Assembly (NCBI GenBank): GCA_905178155.1
Contig: CAJINV010000004.1
Location: 6,364,828-6,428,827 of the forward strand
Source of the DNA: Amoebophrya sp. A120
Lineage: Eukaryota; Protista; Dinoflagellata
Length of the DNA: 64,000 nt
Reading direction: 5' to 3'
Shown here one piece after another: positions 35,100 to 46,075 of the stretch (positions are counted from its first letter, which is position 1; each line of letters opens with the position of its first letter). Under the pieces are notes generated by a model. The model saw only the letters and a list, made by a program, of their open reading frames with translations, was not told the origin of the DNA and did not search any database. Position numbers and translations under genes: made by a program.

Positions 35100-37000
35100 A
35101 ACGGATGCGGAGCCCTGCCACCAAACAGTCGCAGCTCGTCTGAAATGTGCAAAACCGTTTTCCTAATGAACACTTGAGGCCCGCGCAATGCAGGCTGGCC
35201 GTGGTGCCCCGGGCTAATATTTGACGCGCCTAGATTATTTATGAACTGAGCTTCTTAAGAAGGCGAAGGCCCATCGCATATTACTACGAAGCCGCGGCAC
35301 GCGTGCAAGGCCGGCCCGAAACACGGGGGGCGGCCTCACGCTGCAACGGCAGCCCGGCGCACGGGGCAGCCTGCCCAAGCCCAGCCTAGGGAATGCAGCG
35401 GGCCTGTACCTGTTAGAGCGCGCACCCGCAGGCGCCCCGCCCCAAGGGCTAAGGCGGGCGCGCGGGCCGGGCGGGCGCGGACGGGCGAAACCGCGAGCCC
35501 GCCGCGCACGTGGGCAAATGACTATCCGTAGCCGCCCGCCGCGAAGGGCCTGCGAAGGGATGATCTGGGCGGGCGCGCGGCCATAAGGCTGGCTGCCCGC
35601 GGCGCTGCGGCCCGAAGGCGCGGCCGGCCCGGTCAGTCTCCCAACGTTCCGCGGCCCCCGTTTCCCCTGTATCCCCTTCCCTTTCGCCGCGCTCCTGCCT
35701 TGGCTGTGGCTCTCGGCCCCACCGGATTCCCGACCGCTCCACCGATTTTCGGCCCCAGGCCCGGGGCTGCCCCGGCCGCGCGCTGCGTCGCCGCCGTCTG
35801 TTGCCGCGGCGACCTGTTCACGCCCGTACTGGGCTACTAACTCCCACGACTCGCGGGCGGGCTAGTCTGCTAAGCGTAGCCCGTGCTCTTCGATCGTGCG
35901 CGCAATAAATCCGCGAGCATTACCGCCGCCCCAGCTGTGGCAAGTGGTGGCCGGTTCCCCACGCCGCCCGTCTTCCTTCTCTACTATTCTCGTCACAGGA
36001 ACGCACTGAGTGGGAACGGACGAAAAAGCACGACGCGCGCGACCTTTTTGGCGAGCATTTCTGGAAGCCCCTGGCGGGTCTGCAGCCTGCGCGCCGCGCC
36101 AAGCAGGGGCGCGGCCAAGCGGCGCCCGCGCGGGCCCCCGCCTGGGCGGCCCAAAGTGGGGCGCCGCTGGCCATGTTCTTCGCGCCCGTCGCGCAACGCG
36201 AGCCAGGCGCCGCTCGGCCTTCGCGTTTAGCCCAAGCGAGTTGCATCCGAGAGCTGCACGAGCACGGCACTGGCCCAGTATTATTGCGACAGTGCGACTC
36301 CTGCACGGAGGCCACTCCTCTGGGGGGCTCTTGATAAGAGCACTTCCGACAAAGGTGACAACGCCGACGCCCCCGCATTCCCTTTCGCAGTTGAAATGAT
36401 ACCACCCCGCACGCTCGTAGTCGGTTAGAGTAAAGAAAAAGCCAGCACTTTCTGGCGGTGTTCTACTTTCTGGAAAAAACCGCCGATCCGGCGCGGCTGC
36501 GCAAGCCGGTGCCGCCGGCCTGCCACCCCAGCGGCGCGCGGCCGCGCGCTTCGCCTAATGCGAAAAACACACAGCAGCAGCGATACCCTGGAACTCCGCG
36601 CACGCTGTCTGCCGTCGTTTGTACAGCTGCAACCGAGAAAAGGGCGCGGGGGCTTCCAGGTTTGTCAAGTTGCTGGCGCCAGGCGAAACGCGCGGCCCTC
36701 GACATGCGCGCGAACCTTCGCGAGCCCGGCCCCGCCGAAGCTCGCCGCCTCTTTCCAATCATAGCCGCAGGCGGTCGCGCGGCGCTGCTGCGCGCTGTCC
36801 GGCATGATGGCAGTAATTCCGCACGACGAGGAGGCAGCGGGGCCGCAGCGCTTTGAAACGCGCGCGCGCAGAATAGTGGCGCGCTCTGTGTTGCACTTGC
36901 AGCTGACTAGGAGGCATTGTTGTGGTCTGCGCAAGATTCCCGGCAGGGCCGCAAAGGCTACAAGACCATCGCGAACACATTCTTCGTGCCTTCATCAATG
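35100..37000. other. Second very GC-rich island without a convincing gene
   Basis: Same compositional character as 5050-7330. Boundaries approximate. Confidence 0.45.
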
Positions 37001-37487
37001 TTGCACTTTATTTTCATAGCAGCAAACGCCACAGCTAGGACATAGCGGCTGTGGTACTATCGCAAGCGATCCTCTATGTTGCGACAGCCTGACAACTGCA
37101 ACCTCAGCGATTCTCCTTTTTCTCAATCAACAATGGATCCAGGGATTTGTGCCAGGTTAAATGTACAAGTCGTGGCAGAAGTTGTTGCAGAACGTCCGCT
37201 TTCAAATGTCACACCTAGCTGTCTGCGTTAATTTCTTGGTGCAACAGCACAAATTCAACTTGATAGAGATGAAGTGTAGTGCACAGTAAAAAACTAATCA
37301 AATTGAAACTTCGCTTTCGCTTTCCTCAAAAATCAAATACAACGTCAACAAAAGCAGGTGGCAGATAGATAAAAACCTTGTACAGCAACACACTATTAAG
37401 CGAAACAATCTTTATCCGTAAAAAACGCACTTGTTTATTCCTCTTCGCACCCACGTTCTGGTTCTTCTCCTCCCCAACGGCCCAGAT

Positions 37488-38658
37488 CTACGCACTGCCC
37501 TCCGGCCTCACACGCCCGTTCCTCTCCTCGCCCGTCTTCTCCTCCGCCTTCGTCTCGGTCTCCCCGTCCGTCTTCACCTCGGTAGAAGCGGGTGTCGTGG
37601 TGGTCGTGATTGTCGCGTCTTCATCCGCAACCGTATGCATTCCAAATATGTCTGGGTCTGGAAAGATGCAAGGTTTGTCATGTTTGGCTAACACGACTCT
37701 TTAGTCTGTTATGCGCGTGACCCAAGCCCCCTCACTTTTCTCTCATGCGGAAGCTCACTTTATCATGCATAATAGACAAGACTGTAGCAACCCCAAAGCT
37801 TGTCATGCTTGGCAGTAAAGTGAGGTTTTCTCGTCTTTCTCAACCAGCATCACAAGTTTCCAGACCCAGACATTTTTGCATTTGATAATCCGCCGTGGTC
37901 GTGGTTGTCGTGACAGTGGAGTTTGTCGTTTCCTCCGGGACCTCAAAGCTGTGCGGGTCGCAAGCGCCGCAAGAAATTCCGGCCGAGTATGAAGGGAAAA
38001 AAACAATAAACGCACCAGCAGCTTTGTCGTGGTGCTTGTTCATCGTCGTTTTGGTTTTCATCGTTTATGATTCTGGTGTAATTACAAGCTGTGGAATTCA
38101 TGCAGATAAGTCCCGGAAGCTGTTGCTGTATGAGCTGCCTACACATGTCACTTGAATGCATGGTGAAAAAATGCATTGCCCATGCTTGTGAAACCGCGAA
38201 CGACCACGGACTAGGCGCTATGCCGAAGTGGAAAGTATGTATCTCATACACCGAACTGGTTGGCCATCGCTTTTTGGAACCCGTTGCGCGAGTCTGTGTG
38301 CTCCGGGGCAGCTGAAGAGGATGGTGGGCAATAAGTAGAACATGGTTAGAGGAGATTCAGATTATAGAGGTGTTTTCTATGAATAAAGCATCAAGGTTGT
38401 TAACTTCATTATTTTTCATGTGTGAAGATTCCAAAAAAAAACTTCTATACCGTCGTAGCTGAACCACTTGTTGTCTTCAGAGCTTTTCAAGTTTTCGCCG
38501 GATGCCTTTGCCATGTCTTCCTCAAACGCCGCCTTCTCCGAGCGCCAGTCGTCGTCGTCCTTCACCTTCTTGCTGTTACGCAGGTGCTTCGCCTCGTCAA
38601 TCACGACCTGCGTGACAAAGACAGCCAAGCACAAGGATCTACTCGAGCAGGAACGCAT
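37488..38658 (-). CDS. Hypothetical, probably secreted protein with a Thr-rich C-terminus; internal exons unresolved
   Basis: First exon has a hydrophobic N-terminus. The last two exons join across an introner (TTTADY|TVADEDAT). Confidence 0.45.
37637..37884. mobile_element. Introner family A (248 bp)
   Basis: IR caaatatgtctgggtctggaaa / tttccagacccagacatttttg, flanked tAT...ATa. Excision restores the frame. Confidence 0.88.
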
Positions 38659-39543
38659 TTTTCAAGTTGCTCCCGATTTTTTTTTGTCCAGAGAAGACTG
38701 TAGAAGCGGAAGCAGGTTTGGTTTTGCGATTCGTTGCTTATGCTTTGCTGCAATAATGCGTTTCGAAAAAAAAAACTCTTGTGAAGATTATTCTTGTGTG
38801 TGATACAGAAATATTAAAGGCAGCAAGCATTGTTTTTGACTGTAAAGACACCGAGCCCGAAAAAGATATTTCAGTGACAGACGATCCAAGCAATAAGTTT
38901 TTTGACGACACCAGTGTTTACGTCACGATAGCTGCACGAAACTATGGTTAGAGCGGGGTGTAGTTGCTTATGCATCAGCTTCTCAGCACTACCAGCAGTA
39001 GAGCATAACGACACACAACGATCTTCGCGGGCCCACGATTATCAGACGAGTTGTTGAGAAAGGACCGAACGATTTCATCTAAGACACAAGTTTACAATTT
39101 TTCTTTCTCGATTGAAAACCATGGCAGATTCACCCCCTGCCACTGTTTCGGCCGGTAGCGGTACTAGAAACGATAACTTCTTGTACCCAGTACATTCTGC
39201 GTCGCTCGTCGCTTTTCTGAAAATCAAATGAAATGGGTTTGCTAATACTTACTCGTCGTCGAATTACTAACTTACTTCAAACATGAAGATTTTTCCGGGG
39301 CTATTTACTGACTCTTTAGTTTATCTTCTTCGAAGTTTCTGTCCCAGCTAAATACAGTATGTGTCGAAGAAGTGCTTCTTTGTATGATGATGTAAATCTA
39401 TTCGAGGTAGTCCCCTTAGATTATCCTCTTCCATCCCCTTAGATTATCCTCTTCAGTGCTTCTTTGCATATATTGAAGTATTGTTTTTTCCTTCTCTATC
39501 CTATTATTTTGGTCTGCGTGGGAGGACCAGAGGTTTCCTCTTC

Positions 39544-40507
39544 TCAGGCCTTCACAAACTCATACACCCCGTTCTCCTCGTCAATGTCCAGGTCGCAGTC
39601 GAACGCCTTGCACATTTCGAACAGCAATTGCCGCGAGCCTTTCTTCTCCACGTCGTCCGTGAACACGGAGTAAGCCTTATCCCGTGTAAAACCGTCCCCA
39701 ACCCAGAGTTATTGGATGCCTAAAATGTTTCTCATGCGCAAACCCATGAGGAGCGTTTTCTAGTCGTGTTTTGAGATTTGTCATGCTCGAATCAGCATGA
39801 TAAGCCCGAGCTGTGATGCTGCTTCACTAGCTAAAGTTACGACTGCATTAAATGCTGAAATTTGTCATGCGCAGCACCCAAAGCTTTTTGATTTGTCTAG
39901 CAGATTTCCCACATTGACTCTGGGGAAGTGGGCACGTTTTTACTCAGCATACGTCTCCCCTTCCACAAGCGAGGCCAGGTTCATTTCCAGGTCCAGTTTC
40001 CAATCCTCGCGGATTTGCTTGTCAGGGTCAAGTATCAACGGTAAATATCCCTGGATGTCTGGCAGACTGTAAACTTGTCATGCAGGTTTTCCATGACCCC
40101 TGAGTTCTGGAATGCGGGGACTAGCATGCCAGACTCTGCTTGGTCTCTATCATGCCTATCCTGCATGAGAAACTCCCTCCCAACGTGGTCGAAAGTGGAC
40201 ACCAGCTTTTGGCACTCATGCAACACAGATTTTTGCATGATTCGAATTTAGCATGACAAGTTGCGATCTTCCAGACCCAGACATATTTGCAATCCATATC
40301 GAGCGACTTGCTGTCGAAATTCGCCTTCGCATCGTACGCGAAGTCGTATTCCTCCTCCCGATCTGTATTCGTACTGCCTGCTGCAGCTGCTCCGAGGGGC
40401 GGATTTGTTTGCTGTGGGAGGAGGAATTGCTGGGTGGAGGTGGTCATCTGTCGCTGATTTACATGACTTTCAGGTTGTACTATATGTCCAGAAGTCGCCC
40501 CGCCCAC
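39544..40507 (-). CDS. Hypothetical protein, 3 exons
   Basis: Exons ..YDFAYDAKANFDSKSLD / LPDIQGYLPLILDPDK..GETY / KAYSVFTDD..YEFVKA*, separated by two introners. Confidence 0.55.
39681..39948. mobile_element. Introner family C
   Basis: Imperfect IR gtaaaaccgtccccaacccagagttattg / cattgactctggggaagtgggcacgtttttac, flanked tAT...ATa. Excision gives GETY|KAYS. Confidence 0.75.
40049..40295. mobile_element. Introner family A with one decayed IR
   Basis: Interior is closely similar to 18489-18744. Right IR intact, left IR degenerate. Confidence 0.8.
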
Positions 40508-40704
40508 TTGCTGCGGATAATTTGGTGCAAATTTGCTCGTCTGTGGCTGCGCAGGTGGCGGCTCTGTTTTTGATTTTATTTTACTAATTATGCGGAGTGT
40601 GGAATAATTCTCAGTACAAGAATGCGCCCTCTACGCAGCTTCGCAAGCCTACGCTACCGCGACAAAATCACAGAATCAACATGAAAAGACTCAGAGTCGG
40701 TGTA

Positions 40705-43700
40705 TCAAAATTCAGTACGTGCTGCCGTCTCCCTCTTATTCAAAAACGCACTTGTGCCGGTCAACACCAGCTCCTGAATCGCGGTGGCGCACTCTAACCG
40801 CGCCTCCTCCGTCCCCCCCGAGATTTCGCAGGTCTGCTGCTTCTCGCGCAGCTTGATCTCGGTCACTTGGAAGTGCTGCTTCAACTGCTTCATCATTTTG
40901 CCCTGCTTGCCAATAATCACCGCATGCTTGTCCTTCGGACAATCGATCTTCAACTTGTTATTTGTTGTGCTATTACTTGTCGTCGCTTGCTGCTGACCCA
41001 GGACATGATCGACGCTATGATCTCCGAAAAGCTGTGCCGGCAACTGACTGTTCCTAGAGGGTAATGTTGTCGTAGTGCCACCTGCCGCGGGGGCCACTGC
41101 GGACGAGGACGGTCTGCTATTTGTTCTACCGTTGTGAAGTAGAGAAGAGGATTTTGATGCGCGGCTACTGTTTTCCTGCTGCATCGCAATCCTCTGCTGT
41201 TGTAGCACTTCCTGCCGACGCCGCTCCTCCTCCTCCTGCTGCTGCCGCAAGATCTCCGCGCTTTCAATTCGGTGTCTTTCATGATCTTCTCGTTCTCTTT
41301 GTCTTTCACGATCTTCTCTCCTTCGCCTTTCCTCCTCCTCCCTCTCTAGTTGCTCCTGCTCTCTCCGCAATTTTTCCTGGCGTTCCACTTCCTGGAGCTC
41401 TTCCCGCAACTTCCTTTCTACCTCTGACTGCCGCTCTTTCCTCTCGGCGCTTTCCCGCCGCTTCTGCAGTATTTCCGCTTCCCGCATTTTACGTTCCTCC
41501 TCGTCGGCGAGCGCGTTGTCAATCACCTGCTCGATGTACATCTGACACTGTTGCCGGTCCTTCAGGCAATTCCCGCCGATTACGGTGATCACGCCGCTCT
41601 CGTCCACTTTCAAATCCTCTAAATGAAAATCCTCCACAATCTGCCGGGCCGTGGCGCCCCCGCGCCCGAGCACGGTGTTGCGCAGCGAGGGCGGAATTTC
41701 AAACTGCAGAATCTCCACGTTCTGGTGTTGCTGCTGGTTCATCATGGAATTGTTGAAAAATGTTGACATGTTTCTGCTTTTTGAGGAGCTGCTGTTCTTG
41801 TGCTTGTTCAGAAGATGGACACTTGCAGCTCCTGGCTGATTCTCGTCCACCTCCATGTCCACATTTCTAGTTCCCTGCTGCTCGTTATAATTTTCATCAA
41901 CTACCACTGCCTGCCCTAAAGAAGCTCTACCACCGCCGGGGGGCAACAAGCCCCCGCCTTTAATCATACTCGCAGTCGGCGATCGCACAGTTGTGCCACG
42001 GAGTAGAGACTCCTGCAAGGACTGCTGCTTTTGCAAGTAGTCCCGGTGACCGCCGATGGTTTGGATCCGGGCATTCGGCACGTCGTCCTGGTCATGAAAG
42101 TGTTGGTGTTGCCCTCCTTGCAGATGTTGCTGTTGGTCCCCACCACCGCCTCTCTCGTTCACGCTGTCCACGTTCGCCGAGCGACAGGCGTCTAAAATCA
42201 CCAATTTCGCCGTCTCCACCATCTCCTCGCTTCTTCCCAAAATTTCCACATTGATGACCTCCGCATTCTGGTCCATGAAATTCAGCGTGATCAAATCAAA
42301 CTCCTGCTCCAGTTTCCGCAAGTTGCTACCCCCAGGGCCGATCACGCGCCCCTTGCACTCCGCGGGAATCTTGAACCGAATCAGTTTCGGCACGTGGTCA
42401 GCTAAAGTGCCGGCGGGAGGGGCCTGGTCGGTTATCGCAATCGACATCTCGTCTAACAAGTGCAGCCGGGCGGCCTTCGCTTGAAACAACGCGGCGGACA
42501 AACAGTTGATGTCCACACCTGTGGTAAGGAATTTTTTCAGTTTGGATCGTATATCGATGTATGGCTCGTATGGCTACAAATCAATGTAGTTGAAAATGAA
42601 AATCATGATCGAAGCGATTCAAGAAAGAACTCCATGAAAACAAGAAACCTTCACTTAAATCACCGCGACAACTACAGCAAATGCAAGTCATAATCTTCCG
42701 CATCAAAATATAATACTTCAGTATCTGTACCAGAGTTCTTTGCGTCCAGTTGCACCGCGGAGATTCCGGTTCTGCTCCCGGCGACTTTCAGATCCATCAG
42801 TCCGAGATACTTTTCCAAGTCCGTCACGTCTGTTAGAATGATCTGCGCTTCCTCCCCGACAAAATACGCCGGAAGCGGAAATTCCGGATTAAACAGACTC
42901 GGGGATAAGGAGCTGGAGTTGTAGTTCGCTCTGTCCATCTCTACTAACTTCGCAAAATCAATCTTCCCGGCGTCCAGGAGCCCGAGCTTCACGGAGGCGA
43001 TCGGGGTCTTGACCGGGACGCCCGCGTCCGCCAGGGCGAGCGAACCGCCGCAGACAGACGCCATGCTCGTCCCCCCGCAGTTCTCCGTGATAAACGACTC
43101 CACCCGGATGGTGTAGGGGAATTCTTCTTCGTCTGGAAGAGAAGGCTTCAGGGCCCGCTCCGCGAAGTTCCCGTGCCCGATCTCCCGCTTCTGGTTTTTT
43201 TGTTTTGTTTCCCGGGTTGTGGTACTGTTCAACATCCGTTTCGCCGCGTCGGAAGAGGAGATCATTGCCGGGTAAGAGCACTGCATGTAGAACCGCCGGG
43301 CTGTTGATGATGAGCTACTAGAAGAAGAAGAAGAAGAGCCACCAAATTGCTGCTGCGCTGTTGCATTCGGATTTGCGTTGTTCACGCCCCCGCCGTCTTG
43401 CAAAGGTCCGTTTTCAATTCTTAGCATGCCACTGCTGTCCGCTAGAGTCGTCGTGGCGAACGTCTGCGTATCGCCGTTCGTGAAGACCGCGCTGCCGTGC
43501 GGGCCGGGTAGATATTTTAAATCCATGGAAACCTCCCGCACCTCGTGGATCTGCCGTCCGCAAATCCGCTTCCGCGTCAGTTTCACGTAGGCCGCCATCG
43601 CCTCGCCGCAAACCAACTCAAACGCCTTTTGGATCAGGGATTCCGGAAACGCGTGCAGCCACGCCGGACGGATGTGGAGCTTGAAGAGTTCGTCGAGTAA

Positions 43701-45864
43701 CGCCAGATGTTTTGTCGGCTTGTGCTTCGACAAGTGGTTCAGAAAGTAGTGCTCGGTGATCACTTTCAAATTCTTCAATCGCATCTGTCCTACCAACGTA
43801 TCCTGTGCAAAAGTATCGTACTCGTAGCCGTAGTAATTGCAATCATGCATCACATTTTTTTTTCTCAAGCTAAATCCGCATTACAAATTTCATTTCTCAT
43901 GCTAAAAAAATTTGTAATGCATTTATACGAGTACGATACTTTTGCGGTTCATACAACGTCTGCAACAGCATCTCGTCGCTGTCCATCGTGAGGGCGGAGA
44001 TCGACGGTTGCTCTTGCTTCTTTTTCCCCTTCCGCTCGCCGAGTTTCAGGAAGCTGTGGCAGAGAAAGGTGATGGAGTTTTGCGCCAACGTCATGGCGTA
44101 CACGAGTTCCGCCTCTGTGCAAAAGTCCGCGTTCACCTCCAAGACCTGCAGAGCCGTTTTCGTTCCCACACAATAGACCACCAAATCAGCATTTTTCTTC
44201 TCTTCGTAACTCGGGAACAGAATGAACTCCATCTTCATATTTTGTTCCCACTTTCCCATACTCTGTTTCTCGATATCCGACAAGGTTTCCAACTCGCCCT
44301 CAACCATCGGGCGGTAGAAGCCCGCGACCAGACAGCCCGCCACCGGCTCGTCCATGGGGATGTCTGAAAGCCACAGCGCGCACGCCCCGGCGTTCAAGGC
44401 CAAGGGTTGCGGTAGGTGATCCTTATCCGCGGACAGACAGGTCAGCAGCACCTGCGTTTCCTGCTTCCACCAGAGCGCCAACCGTTGGCGAAACGGGGAC
44501 TCCGTGAGCCGGGACACCAACAGCTCGTGGTTTTCCAAAAACTGCGCGTTTCGGTTCCCCGCGCGGTCTTTCACCAGGGTTTTCCCTAGAGCGGAGGAGC
44601 GTTCCTTGTATTCCACTGTGAGGTTGGAAAAATTCGAATCGCCGGCACCCGACGTCGCTCCTGACGCGGTCGCGGTGCCGAGCACAAAGGTGCCGCCCAT
44701 CCCGCAAAACGCCGCCCCGTTGGCCTGTCGGGCGATGTGCCCGGTCTCGAAAACCAGCACGCGGTCAGCCGCGACCCGGCACTTCATAATCGTTTTCTCC
44801 GGGTATTTGGGGTCCTGCGACATCCGGATCTCGTGGTAAAACTGCACCGGGGCCAGACCGGCGGACACTTCCTCCTCGCTCGGTTGATAATTGGGCATCA
44901 CATTCATCGGCTGCGATGGGTGTAGCTGCGTAGTTCCCCCTGCTCCCGGTGGACTACCGGTAGTTAACCCCGGAGTGACCAGACGGTGACTGACTGCCCT
45001 CGAGACCACCTCTGGTTGCAGCTGTTGCGCCAGAACACCTTCTTGCTGGTGTCCAGCTCCGGCGGAGTTGTTGTCAGTATTGTCATTCTGCGAAAAGGAC
45101 GGGGATATGATGTTGTCCTCGTCGTCATCCGCCTGCGGCCCCTTTATTCCGTGACCACTGTCACTGACACTCATGCGCTGTTCTTGTTGGTCCTCATTCT
45201 TCTGCCGGTCGTGCTCTACCAGTTGTACTTCTCGTCGGCCCTGTCCAACATCCTGTCGCGCCGCGCTCCTCCGCTTGGAGGAGGACGCTGCTTGTTCTAT
45301 TTGTGCGTTTAAATCCACAACATTCTCGTCTTCGTCCACCGAAATCAGGTCGTCATCGTCCTCGTCCTCCGGATTAGAAATATCTACTTGTTCATTCCCA
45401 TTTCGGTTTTCCTCGCCTGGACCTGGAGCTCCACCGCTGCGGGGAGACGATAACACCTTACTTCCGCCACGTGGTCTACTGCTGCTCCGAACTTCTTCTG
45501 CTACTACCCGGGGAGAGGAGGGCGCGGCTGCTCTCTTAAAAACTCCTCGCCGCGCCTCTTCCCTCGCAGGCTGACTACCGCCACGCAGAGGTTCTTGTCC
45601 CGCCGCCAGCTCTTGCGCACCGCTTTTACTTGTGCCATTTCTGACCGGCGTTCCGGGCGTTCGGTCCTCGGAGAGAACCGGCCCGGCGCTACGACTTCCC
45701 TCATTTTCACCCGAATCAAAATCTTCCTCATCGTCCTCGCTGATCGGGTTCAGGGGGAGTTCTTGATCTACTAGTTGTGCCTCTTGATCAACTGCTGCGG
45801 GGCCCTGTTGTTGTTGGCCATGGCCGCCCGGCTGCCGCAGCGTTATGTGTTGGTCCTGCGCCAC
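40705..45864 (-). CDS. pnp: Polynucleotide phosphorylase-like protein (two RNase PH domains plus three KH domains, no S1 seen)
   Basis: Motifs FETGHIARQANGA, LTVEYKER, RICGRQIHEVR, HGSAVFTNGDTQ, REIGHGNFAERAL, FPYTIRV, SMASVCGGSLALADAGVP and MDLKVAGS. GxxG KH loops GPGG, GRGG and GKQG. Introner 43802-43950 and GT-AG intron 42519-42730. 5' end unclear; possibly fused to the upstream gene. Confidence 0.88.
43802..43950. mobile_element. Introner family D (149 bp)
   Basis: IR gcaaaagtatcgtactcgta / tacgagtacgatacttttgc, flanked tAT...ATa. Excision gives QTLY|TLVG. Confidence 0.9.
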
Positions 45865-45931
45865 CCGGCTGCCGTCACTGGAGACGCTCTCGTAAGATCC
45901 GGCCTCGCTTGGTCGGCTCTCCCCGGGTTAT

Positions 45932-46075
45932 GCATTGCAAAAGTATCGCACTAGTATGAATTGCAATACAAATTTCCTCAGCGTGACAAATAAAATTTGT
46001 AATGCGGATTTAACTTGAGAAAGAAATTTGTAATGCGTGAATGGGATTAGTACGAGTACGATACTTTTGCACAGG
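45932..46075. mobile_element. Introner family D (144 bp), opposite orientation to 43802
   Basis: IR tgcaaaagtatcgcactagta / tacgagtacgatacttttgca, flanked tAT...ATa. Confidence 0.88.
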
